In this document: positions 1 through 7,866 of the stretch, piece after piece
How the letters are laid out: each line of letters opens with the position of its first letter
How positions within the stretch are numbered: position 1 is the stretch's first letter
Source: a virus
Lineage: Duplodnaviria > Caudoviricetes
Virus record (IMG/VR): IMGVR_UViG_3300030060_002483
Span: 1 to 62,064 of that record
Direction: 5' to 3' (one strand)
DNA length: 62,064 nucleotides
Position numbers and translations under genes: made by a program
The notes under the pieces: generated by a model
Database searches by the model: none
Told to the model about the DNA's origin: nothing
Seen by the model: the letters and a program-made list of their open reading frames with translations, nothing else

Positions 1-77
1 CAGGTGCAAATAACACAGCTATAGGTACTAATGCTTTAGATGATAATACAACAGCAAGTAATAACACAGCAGTTGGT
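1..77 (+). repeat. 77-bp exact direct repeat, copy 1 (copy 2 at 59933-60009)
   Basis: caggtgcaaataacacagct...acacagcagttggt is identical at both places; the copies diverge at 78 versus 60010. Confidence 0.95.
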
Positions 78-941
78 CATGGTTGCATGAGTGCTACTAC
101 GACAGGTGACCAAAATGTAGCTGTGGGTGTAGGTGCACTAGGAAATAACACAACAGGAACTATTAACGTAGCTATGGGTTTTGCAGCGTTAAATGACAAT
201 ACAACAGCTAGTAATAATACTGCTATAGGTAATCAAGCTTTAGCTGTAAACACTACAGGTACAAGGAATACTGTTTTAGGCTCATCAGCAGGTGCAGCTA
301 CAACTACAGGAGATGACAATACTTTTGTCGGTTATTTATCTGGAGGTGTAGGCACAGTAACAGGTGATAATAATACTACTTTAGGTTCATCTGCTGGTAA
401 GAATTTATCAAGTGGTGGCAACAATCTCTTATTAGGACATGATGCAGGACTTTCAGGAAGTCCAGGTGGACCTATAGATACTGAATCAAATGAAATTGTT
501 TTAGGTGATGAAAATATTTCAGCTGCACATATACAGGTAAGCTTTACAGTAGCATCTGATAAAAGAGATAAAACAGATGTAGAGCCTATAAAAATGGGTT
601 TAGACTTTGTTAATAAATTAGAGCCTGTAACATATAAATGGGATAAAAGAAGTTTATATGTAGAAAAAGGTGCAGATTTTAATGACGTAGTACCAGATGG
701 TTCACATAAAGAAGATTGGTTAGATGTAGGATTTCTTGCTCAAGATGTTGAAAAGCTTGAATCAGAATATGGCTATAATATAGCTGATAAAACTAATTTA
801 ACTACAAATGTTTCTGAAAATGGTCAACAGTATGGATTGACCTATTCTAAATTTGTACCTATGCTTGTAAAAGCAGTACAAGAACTGTCTACCCAGGTAG
901 ATGAATTAAAAGCCGAAATACAAACCTTAAAGGAGGATTAA
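1..941 (+). CDS. C-terminal part of a tail fibre (14-aa NTAxG repeats plus peptidase S74 intramolecular chaperone), 5' truncated; allele A tip
   Basis: Frame is open from base 3 (GANNTAIGTNALDDNTTAS...). It continues the 56221 fibre in frame across the 77-bp repeat. S74 motifs SDKRDK and GFLAQDV precede a coiled-coil end. Confidence 0.9.
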   Translation, partial: GANNTAIGTNALDDNTTASNNTAVGHGCMSATTTGDQNVAVGVGALGNNTTGTINVAMGFAALNDNTTASNNTAIGNQALAVNTTGTRNTVLGSSAGAATTTGDDNTFVGYLSGGVGTVTGDNNTTLGSSAGKNLSSGGNNLLLGHDAGLSGSPGGPIDTESNEIVLGDENISAAHIQVSFTVASDKRDKTDVEPIKMGLDFVNKLEPVTYKWDKRSLYVEKGADFNDVVPDGSHKEDWLDVGFLAQDVEKLESEYGYNIADKTNLTTNVSENGQQYGLTYSKFVPMLVKAVQELSTQVDELKAEIQTLKED

Positions 942-1221
942 TATGGCAACAGTAACAGAAGTATTAGATGCAGCATTACATAGCGTTGCGTTAATCGACA
1001 GTATAGATGCAGATGCATCAAGCGTAACAGTATGTGAGGGACTATCGCAGTCTGAAATAAACGAGTTGGTACAAAGAAACGTAGATCATTTAGAGATCAT
1101 TTTATTGTATGAACCAGTTGATAGTGATGATGACACACCTAACGTCAAAGGTTCATCAAGTAGTAAAAAAACTAATTGCACTAATGCAATTACTAAAGGA
1201 AAAGCATATATTGCTGCAAAC
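870..1221 (+). repeat. Near-identical ~350-bp repeat, copy 1 (copy 2 at 61021-61372)
   Basis: Both copies encode KAVQELSTQVDELKAEIQTLKED followed by 93-aa ORFs that differ at 6 residues. Confidence 0.9.
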
Positions 1222-1224
1222 TGA
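943..1224 (+). CDS. Tail-fibre-associated protein (paralog/allele of 61094-61375)
   Basis: Directly follows the fibre with an AGGAGG RBS; 87/93 identical to the 61094 ORF. Confidence 0.75.
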   Translation: MATVTEVLDAALHSVALIDSIDADASSVTVCEGLSQSEINELVQRNVDHLEIILLYEPVDSDDDTPNVKGSSSSKKTNCTNAITKGKAYIAAN

Positions 1225-1232
1225 GGAAAATT

Positions 1233-1484
1233 ATGACGACTAAAAACGACACACCCAAAATAACCATAGGCGAAAAAGAGCTTGATTATACTGAGCTAAG
1301 TGATACTAGTAAATATTACCACAGCCAACTATTAGATCTAATAGATAAAAGAAATAAACTACAGTTTCAAATAGATCAAATTAATATGAGTATAAACGGT
1401 TTTGACAAACTTTTTGTAGATTCAACATCAGAAACTGTTGAAGAAAAAATCAATGAGGACGAAAAAGATGAACTGGATAACTAA
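1233..1484 (+). CDS. Hypothetical coiled-coil protein, loosely similar to 61432-61632
   Basis: ORF with GAGG RBS; SQLLDL...LQFQIDQI resembles SQIEDL...LSFQLDQV. Confidence 0.6.
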   Translation: MTTKNDTPKITIGEKELDYTELSDTSKYYHSQLLDLIDKRNKLQFQIDQINMSINGFDKLFVDSTSETVEEKINEDEKDELDN

Positions 1485-1632
1485 AGTATTAGGTAAAGTG
1501 GGTATTATAGAAACTAAAGAAGTGCGTGCTAGGGATACCAAAGGTAGGTACGTAGCAGATGACCCCACAACAGTTAAAAACGAAGCTTACAAAACAGTTA
1601 GAGTAAAACGTAGTAAGAATAAGAAAAGTTAA
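1468..1632 (+). CDS. Small basic hypothetical protein (RARDTKGRYVADDP motif)
   Basis: ORF in the operon; ATG at 1468 chosen. Confidence 0.55.
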   Translation: MNWITKVLGKVGIIETKEVRARDTKGRYVADDPTTVKNEAYKTVRVKRSKNKKS

Positions 1633-1634
1633 AA

Positions 1635-1985
1635 ATGGACTCTGCTGTAGCTCTCATTACAGAGTTAGGCTTCCCTATCGCAGCAGCACTGGGGTTAGGT
1701 ATTTTCGTTTGGAAACTAATCAATAGAATTATTGACGGTATGGAAACTAAACTAGACACGGTTGACGATAAAGTAAATACTTCAATAACAGCTATGGAAG
1801 AAAGATTAGGTACTAAACTTGATAGCCAACACGGTATTTTAGTTGCTCTAATAGATAGAATACGTAGTTTAGATAATGAGATTATTAGACAAGACACGTT
1901 AATAAAAACTATACTAGGAGTACCACAATTAATTGATAGCAATAAGATTGCTAAGGCGGATAGAGATGACCAAAGGAAAGATTAA
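1635..1985 (+). CDS. Single-pass membrane protein with coiled coil (GFPIA motif, possibly holin-like)
   Basis: Hydrophobic N-terminal helix LGFPIAAALGLGIFVW; coupled to csgF. Confidence 0.6.
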   Translation: MDSAVALITELGFPIAAALGLGIFVWKLINRIIDGMETKLDTVDDKVNTSITAMEERLGTKLDSQHGILVALIDRIRSLDNEIIRQDTLIKTILGVPQLIDSNKIAKADRDDQRKD

Positions 1986-2451
1986 GTTACCACTGCATTA
2001 TAAAATAATCATAGCTTGGGCTATAGTTTTATTAGTAGGTATTGTTAGCGTAAACATAAAAGCAGATACTATAACCTTTAAGTTCAAAAACCCTTCATTT
2101 AGTGGAGTAGGAACTTCTAGTCATTACCTTACGATAGAAAATCAAGAATTTAACCGTAAAATGACTATAAAAGAAGAGATCAAAGCTTTACAGGAACAGA
2201 TAGAAAGAGATAAAGAAAACACAACTCTAGCTCGTTTTATTAGGAACCTTGAGAGCCGTATCTATGCACAGCTAAGTAGACAACTAGTGGAAAATTTATT
2301 CGGTGAAACACCTAGTGATAAAGGTACGTTAACTTTAGAGGGTAACACTATAGACTATAGTATTGAAGACGGAATAATAACTTTAACTATTACAGACCCA
2401 GATGGAAATGTCACCACGATACAGTTGCCTGTTGGCAATTTTACTTTCTAG
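1966..2451 (+). CDS. csgF: Curli assembly protein CsgF-like
   Basis: Signal peptide then DTITFKFKNPSFSG, matching the CsgF N-terminus (TMTFQFRNPNFGG type); C-terminal ITITDPDGNVTTIQLP; lies upstream of csgG. Confidence 0.85.
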   Translation: MTKGKIKLPLHYKIIIAWAIVLLVGIVSVNIKADTITFKFKNPSFSGVGTSSHYLTIENQEFNRKMTIKEEIKALQEQIERDKENTTLARFIRNLESRIYAQLSRQLVENLFGETPSDKGTLTLEGNTIDYSIEDGIITLTITDPDGNVTTIQLPVGNFTF

Positions 2452-3283
2452 TTGCAGTATAGCACCTGTATTTAAAGAGTTAGAACAAAAAGGAGAATGC
2501 GTAAAATATAAAACTGTGTTAGATGGAACAGTTTATAGAAAATGCGTTGAAAGAGAACCTTATTTAAAAGGTTTGCCTAAAATTCTTGAGCTGCAATCAA
2601 AAGAATTATTAAATATAGAACCGCCTAAAAAACCTATTATAGTAGCTGTTTATCCTAACGCTTTTACAGATCAAACTGGTCAACGTAAAAGTAATAGTGA
2701 GTTTGCTTTATTCAGCACAGCTATAACTCAAGCACCTAGTCATTTATTAATACGTGCTTTAAAACAAACTGCTAACGGTGAGTTTTTTAGAGTGGCTGAA
2801 AGAGTAGGTTTAGATAACTTAACTAAAGAAAGACAGTTAATACGTTCAGCTAGAGAAAACGAAGATAATTCAAGCCCTTTACTACCTCTTTTATTTGCTG
2901 GTGTTTTAATGGAAGGTGCTATAGTAGGGTATGACACTAATGTAAAAAGTGGAGGTATAGGAGCTAGATATTTAGGGATAGGCACTAGTAAACAATACAG
3001 AGTAGATAGTGTTACCCTTTCATTACGTATGGTCTCAGTAGTAACAGGTGAAGTATTAATAGATGTTTTAGTAAATAAACAGATATATAGTTACGGTCAA
3101 TCACAAGATGTTTTTAGGTTTATAGAAGCTGGTACAGAATTAGTAGAGCTTGAGGGCGGTAATACTGAAAATGAATCAGTTACTATAGCTTTACAACGAG
3201 CTATAGAGTCAGCAGTTGTAGAGATTATAAAAATAGGTTATGATAAAGGATATTGGGAGCAAAAATATGAAGAAACTAATTAG
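2408..3283 (+). CDS. csgG: Curli secretion channel CsgG-like outer-membrane lipoprotein
   Basis: Lipobox LLSSC; motifs FTDQTGQRK, FSTAITQ, ERVGLDNLTKERQLIR, EGAIVGYD and GGIGARYLGIG. Confidence 0.92.
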   Translation: MSPRYSCLLAILLSSCSIAPVFKELEQKGECVKYKTVLDGTVYRKCVEREPYLKGLPKILELQSKELLNIEPPKKPIIVAVYPNAFTDQTGQRKSNSEFALFSTAITQAPSHLLIRALKQTANGEFFRVAERVGLDNLTKERQLIRSARENEDNSSPLLPLLFAGVLMEGAIVGYDTNVKSGGIGARYLGIGTSKQYRVDSVTLSLRMVSVVTGEVLIDVLVNKQIYSYGQSQDVFRFIEAGTELVELEGGNTENESVTIALQRAIESAVVEIIKIGYDKGYWEQKYEETN

Positions 3284-3971
3284 TCTTTTACTCACAACAA
3301 CATTCGTATTTGCTGCGGATAATGAGATTTATGTTGACCAAAGCGGTGCAACAGCTAATATTGATTTAGAGCAACTAGGCTCTGGTAATATTATAGGCGG
3401 TTTAAACTCAGCTGCTGGTAGTTTAACAGCGTTAGATTTAGACGGATCAACTTTGACTTTAGACATAAATCAAATAGGTAACACTAATAAATTCTTAGGT
3501 GATATCTTAGGTGATACTATTACTGGTTTTTTTGAGTTTGATGGAGATAGTAATACTTTTACTATACAAGGTGACCCAACAGATACTTACGGTATAGATA
3601 GTTCAAACTATAACGTAAACGTTAGTGGTTCATCAAACACCTTTACACTCGACCACGGTACATCAGCATTAGCAGCAACACTAGACCTTGATTGGATAGT
3701 GCAAGGAGACGGTAACACTTTTGATTTTGATATAAATTATGACGGTGCTACTAATTACGTAGATGTTGACGGTGATAGCAACACGGTTAATTTCACAGGC
3801 TCAGGGTATGCTGGAGGTTATTTCTACCTTGATCAAACAGGTAATAGCAGAACATTTGATATTACACAATCGAGTACACTAGATAATGACTGGCTTAAAA
3901 TCATTTCTAATGGCAACAGTGGTACTGTGTGCGTTATACAAAACGACCAAGGCACAAGCACAAGTTGTTAA
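3267..3971 (+). CDS. Secreted curlin-repeat (CsgA/CsgB-like) beta-solenoid protein
   Basis: Signal peptide MKKLISLLLTTTFVFA; repeated x-Q-x-G-x-x-N units (EQLGSGN, NQIGNTN, VQGDGN, DQTGNS); N/G/D/T-rich. Confidence 0.7.
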   Translation: MKKLISLLLTTTFVFAADNEIYVDQSGATANIDLEQLGSGNIIGGLNSAAGSLTALDLDGSTLTLDINQIGNTNKFLGDILGDTITGFFEFDGDSNTFTIQGDPTDTYGIDSSNYNVNVSGSSNTFTLDHGTSALAATLDLDWIVQGDGNTFDFDINYDGATNYVDVDGDSNTVNFTGSGYAGGYFYLDQTGNSRTFDITQSSTLDNDWLKIISNGNSGTVCVIQNDQGTSTSC

Positions 3972-4998
3972 TATAGGAGATATATCCGAGCTTTCAGGTT
4001 ACGCTGAAGTATTAAGAGATAAACCGTACGAAGCTGAACTAGAGTTTGCTATACGTAGCAACGATCAAGCTGTAACTAAAAACGGTAGGTTAGGTATACA
4101 GTTTTTAGACGACTCAGTAGTACGTTTAACAGAACACTCAAAACTACTTATCAATGAGTATGTTTACGACCCTGACCCTAGTAAAGCTAAAATGTCACTT
4201 AATTTTGCTTTAGGTACAGCTAGGTTTATAACGGGTAATTTAAACCGTATAGATAAACAAAACATAAAACTCACAACACCGACAGCAAACATAGCCATAC
4301 GTGGAACAGATTTTACAGCTACTGTTGATGAGTTAGGCAGGAGTTTGATAATACTTCTGCCAGACTCAATGGGTCTTTCAAGTGGTGAGATAGAGGTGGT
4401 AACTGCTATGGGTAGTGTTATATTAAATAAACCTTATGAAGCTACTACAGTTAGTGTCTTTGAATCAGTTCCTAGTAAACCTGTTATACTTGATCTTACC
4501 TTAGATATTATTGATAACATGTTGATAGTGAGTCCGCCTAAAGAAGAAATACTCGTTGAAGAAGAAACTAGTACTACTAAAACAGTAAGTTTACTAGACT
4601 TCAATGATTTAGATATAGATTATTTAGCTGAAGATTTTTTAAATACAGATGAACTTGAGTTTACTGAGCTCGATATAAATTACTTAGATGTAAACTTTCT
4701 AGAAGATTTACTAGATATCATAGATGCTTTAGCTATAGATGAAGAAGAGGATCAACTAGCTTTAGCAACTGGTGTTAATATTAGCGGTACGTTAATAGGT
4801 CAAGACCCCGATACACAAATAACTACTTTAGTTACTGGTCAAGTTATTAGTTTACGTCGTGCGGTAAGTGAGTCTGTACGTTTAGATTTAAACAGCGGTA
4901 ATAGTTACACGGTTATATTAATACAAGACGGTGTATCAAACGTAGTTAAAATAAACGGTGGTGGTGATTCAATAATAACTATTAAACAAAGCGGTTGA
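3886..4998 (+). CDS. FecR-domain periplasmic protein with acidic C-terminal region
   Basis: Signal peptide; FLDDSVVRLTEHSKL and TPTANIAIRGTDF are FecR-type motifs. Confidence 0.85.
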   Translation: MTGLKSFLMATVVLCALYKTTKAQAQVVNIGDISELSGYAEVLRDKPYEAELEFAIRSNDQAVTKNGRLGIQFLDDSVVRLTEHSKLLINEYVYDPDPSKAKMSLNFALGTARFITGNLNRIDKQNIKLTTPTANIAIRGTDFTATVDELGRSLIILLPDSMGLSSGEIEVVTAMGSVILNKPYEATTVSVFESVPSKPVILDLTLDIIDNMLIVSPPKEEILVEEETSTTKTVSLLDFNDLDIDYLAEDFLNTDELEFTELDINYLDVNFLEDLLDIIDALAIDEEEDQLALATGVNISGTLIGQDPDTQITTLVTGQVISLRRAVSESVRLDLNSGNSYTVILIQDGVSNVVKINGGGDSIITIKQSG

Positions 4999-6737
4999 TG
5001 AAAAAACTTATAATACCTATAGTTTTATTTTTATGTTTACCTTTAATATTTAAAAGTACTCCTACAGAAATAATAAAACTAAGAACTTTTGACACATTAG
5101 TAGAAAAACAAGAACCCTCTGGTTTTTTTACTATACTCAATATAACTGAAGAAGATGTAGCTAGTGAGGGTGGTTACCCTTTACCTAGACAAAGACTAGC
5201 TGAAATACACATAGAGCTTTTACAAAAAGGTGCTTTAGGTGTAGGTTGGGTACTATCTTTTCCACAACCAGACAGGTTAGGCGGAGATAAAGCATTCGCT
5301 GAAGCGTTGAGTTATGGCGGTTCAGTTATAGCAATGTTTGAAAATGAGAACGGAGTTTACCCACCTACTACAGGCACAGTCATTATGGGGGAAAACGCAG
5401 GAGGTATAGAGACTGTAGGAGTTATACCTAATATAGATATTCTAACTTCAACTTCTTTTCAAGGTGTGGCTACGGCACGTACGGAAGTAGATCAGTTAGT
5501 AAGACGTATGCCTTTATTACTAAAAACACCTGATGGCTACGTTTCTGCGTATGGCACAGAAGTTATGAAAGTGTTGGCAGGTAATCAAACATATATTATA
5601 AAAACTAATGAGTTAGGTATTGAAGAAATAATAGTACAAGGTCTTGATCCAGTAAAAACAGACAGTTTAGGTCGTAAGTGGATAAGTTGGGTAGACACAC
5701 CACAAACCACACTTAGTGAGATGGATGTTGAAAATAAATATGTTTTTGTAGGTGTTACAGCTAGTGGCGTGATGCCACAAGTTGCTACTCCAGTGGGTTT
5801 ATTAGAACCACATAAAATACAAACAGCTTTAGCTGAGTCAATATTAATTAAAAACTCACCATATATACCTGATTGGTCATTAACTTTAGAGTTAGTGATA
5901 CTAATAATTAGTGTTGTGTTAGTTTGGTTTTTAATAATTTTATTAGGTATAACGTGGGGTGTTTCCTTAGGAGTCCTTACAGCGTCAGCTACGTCATTAG
6001 GGGGATATTACTTAATAAGTAAGGGTTTATTAATAGACGTCACTTGGAGCCTTATAAGTCAATTTATCACTGGCTCAATAGCTTTTTACCTACGTTTTAG
6101 AGAACAGTATAAATTAAGACAATTAATTAAAAAACAGTTTGAGCATTACCTCGATCCACGACAAGTAAAACAACTACAAAAGAATCCTGAACTATTAAAA
6201 CTAGGCGGTGAAAAAAGATACTGTACTTTTTTATTCACTGATGTGCGTGGGTTTACCGCTTTATCTGAAATATTAGAACCAGAAGAAGTTACTCATATTA
6301 TGAACAGAGCTTTGACTATACAATCAAACGCAGTAAAAGAATATGGCGGTATGGTAGACAAGTATATAGGTGACGCTATGATGGCTATCTTTAACGCTCC
6401 TATAGACCTGCCAGACCATGAGAATAGAGCCATACAAACAGCGTTGAAAATACAGGAAGATATGCAAAAAGCCAATTTAGGTATAGAAATAGGTATAGGC
6501 ATAAACTCTGGAGAAGCGATAATAGGTAATATGGGTAGTGATTCACGGTTTGATTATTCTGCTATAGGCGACGCTGTAAATACTGCAGCTCGTTTAGAAA
6601 GTGCAACTAAAGAAGCTGGAGTAAATTTAATAATAGGTCATAATACTAAAAAAAGTTCAAAATATAAGTTAAAATTGTTAAAGCCTATAAAAGTTAAAGG
6701 CAAAAGACATAAACTAAGTATATATACATATGGCTAG
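4998..6737 (+). CDS. CHASE2-domain membrane class III adenylate/guanylate cyclase
   Basis: CHASE2-like region, three TM helices, then catalytic motifs FTDVRGFT, DKYIGDAMMA, GIGINSG and IGDAVNTAARLES. Confidence 0.92.
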   Translation: MKKLIIPIVLFLCLPLIFKSTPTEIIKLRTFDTLVEKQEPSGFFTILNITEEDVASEGGYPLPRQRLAEIHIELLQKGALGVGWVLSFPQPDRLGGDKAFAEALSYGGSVIAMFENENGVYPPTTGTVIMGENAGGIETVGVIPNIDILTSTSFQGVATARTEVDQLVRRMPLLLKTPDGYVSAYGTEVMKVLAGNQTYIIKTNELGIEEIIVQGLDPVKTDSLGRKWISWVDTPQTTLSEMDVENKYVFVGVTASGVMPQVATPVGLLEPHKIQTALAESILIKNSPYIPDWSLTLELVILIISVVLVWFLIILLGITWGVSLGVLTASATSLGGYYLISKGLLIDVTWSLISQFITGSIAFYLRFREQYKLRQLIKKQFEHYLDPRQVKQLQKNPELLKLGGEKRYCTFLFTDVRGFTALSEILEPEEVTHIMNRALTIQSNAVKEYGGMVDKYIGDAMMAIFNAPIDLPDHENRAIQTALKIQEDMQKANLGIEIGIGINSGEAIIGNMGSDSRFDYSAIGDAVNTAARLESATKEAGVNLIIGHNTKKSSKYKLKLLKPIKVKGKRHKLSIYTYG

Positions 6738-6945
6738 TAAAAGATTAACAGTACAAGATGTAGCTAAAGATTTAGCAGTTTCTAAAAAAGAAAACGCTGA
6801 ACGCTGGAAAACAGCTTTTAATGAGTTTAGTGAAATCAAACAAGAAATAACTTCTATAAATAACACCATACGCATGGCAACTTTTGGCGTGTTTAGTTTT
6901 ATAGGTGCTTTATCTATAGCAGTTTTAACTACGGTGGTAATATGA
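6730..6945 (+). CDS. Small coiled-coil plus C-terminal TM protein (possible holin/XhlA-like)
   Basis: C-terminal hydrophobic helix; upstream of the lysis genes. Confidence 0.5.
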   Translation: MASKRLTVQDVAKDLAVSKKENAERWKTAFNEFSEIKQEITSINNTIRMATFGVFSFIGALSIAVLTTVVI

Positions 6946-7421
6946 AAAATTTATTAAAAAGTGTTGTAGGAGCAGTAGCACCTACTTTAGGTACAGCTTT
7001 AGGTGGACCGATGGGCGGTATGGCTGGTAATATGATATCTGAGGTTTTAGGTTGTGCTAATAACCCTAAAGCTATAGAAACTGCTATACAAAACGCTACA
7101 CCAGAACAAATGATGGAGCTTAAAAAAGTAGAAAAAGACTTTGAACTTAAAATGAAAGAGCTTGAAGTTGACGTATTTAAACTAGAAACACAAGATAAAC
7201 AACACGCTAGAGGGTTATTCAGTAAAGATTGGACTGCTCGTATTATAGGTTTAGTAACTATAGGTGGGTTTTTAGGTTACATATTTTTAGTAACCTTACA
7301 ACCACCAGAACAAAATAGCGAAGCTCTTATAAATCTAGTATTAGGATATTTAGGAGGGTTAGCGAGTGCCATTATTTCATTCTATTTTGGAGCGTCTCAC
7401 TCAAACGATAAAGGGGAGTAA
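6942..7421 (+). CDS. Putative holin (multi-TM membrane protein)
   Basis: APTLGTALGGP N-terminus, two C-terminal TMs ending YFGAS; adjacent to the lysozyme. Confidence 0.65.
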   Translation: MKNLLKSVVGAVAPTLGTALGGPMGGMAGNMISEVLGCANNPKAIETAIQNATPEQMMELKKVEKDFELKMKELEVDVFKLETQDKQHARGLFSKDWTARIIGLVTIGGFLGYIFLVTLQPPEQNSEALINLVLGYLGGLASAIISFYFGASHSNDKGE

Positions 7422-7422
7422 A

Positions 7423-7866
7423 ATGAACACATCATTAGAAGGATTATCATTAATTAAAAAATTTGAAGGCTGTGAGCTTGAAGCGTATAAGTGTGCTGCG
7501 GGTGTTTGGACTATAGGGTACGGCTCAACTAAAGGCGTAAAAGAAAACGATAGTATAACACAAGAAGAAGCCGATAATTTATTACTAGAAGAAGTAAAAG
7601 AGTATGAAAAATACGTTGACTGTTACGTTGACACACCTTTAAAACAAAACCAGTTCGATTCATTAGTAGCGTGGACTTTTAACCTTGGTCCTAACGCTTT
7701 AGCTAGTTCTACTATGTTAAAAGTTTTAAACGCAGGTGACTATGAAGGAGTGCCAGCACAAATAAAAAGATGGAACAAAGCTAACGGAAAAGTACTAGAA
7801 GGTTTAGTTAGAAGACGTGAAGCTGAGGCTTTACTGTTTGAAGGCAAAGAGTGGCACGAGGTGTGA
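7423..7866 (+). CDS. Endolysin, GH24 lysozyme
   Basis: FEGCELEAYKCAAGVWTIGYGST, QFDSLV, GLVRRREAE. Confidence 0.95.
   Translation: MNTSLEGLSLIKKFEGCELEAYKCAAGVWTIGYGSTKGVKENDSITQEEADNLLLEEVKEYEKYVDCYVDTPLKQNQFDSLVAWTFNLGPNALASSTMLKVLNAGDYEGVPAQIKRWNKANGKVLEGLVRRREAEALLFEGKEWHEV

Noticed and set aside
1-77. 77-bp repeat as a biological terminal repeat or att site
   Set aside because: It lies mid-gene, its length equals a common assembly k-mer, and there is no integrase or flanking host DNA.
870-1221. Duplicated fibre end as a diversity-generating retroelement TR/VR pair or invertible shufflon
   Set aside because: No reverse transcriptase or invertase is present, the differences are not adenine-specific, and the copies are direct and 60 kb apart.
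1966-6737. Curli/cyclase region as host chromosome flanking a prophage
   Set aside because: It is translationally coupled to phage genes on both sides and has similar base composition, with no att site or integrase. Read-level confirmation is still desirable.
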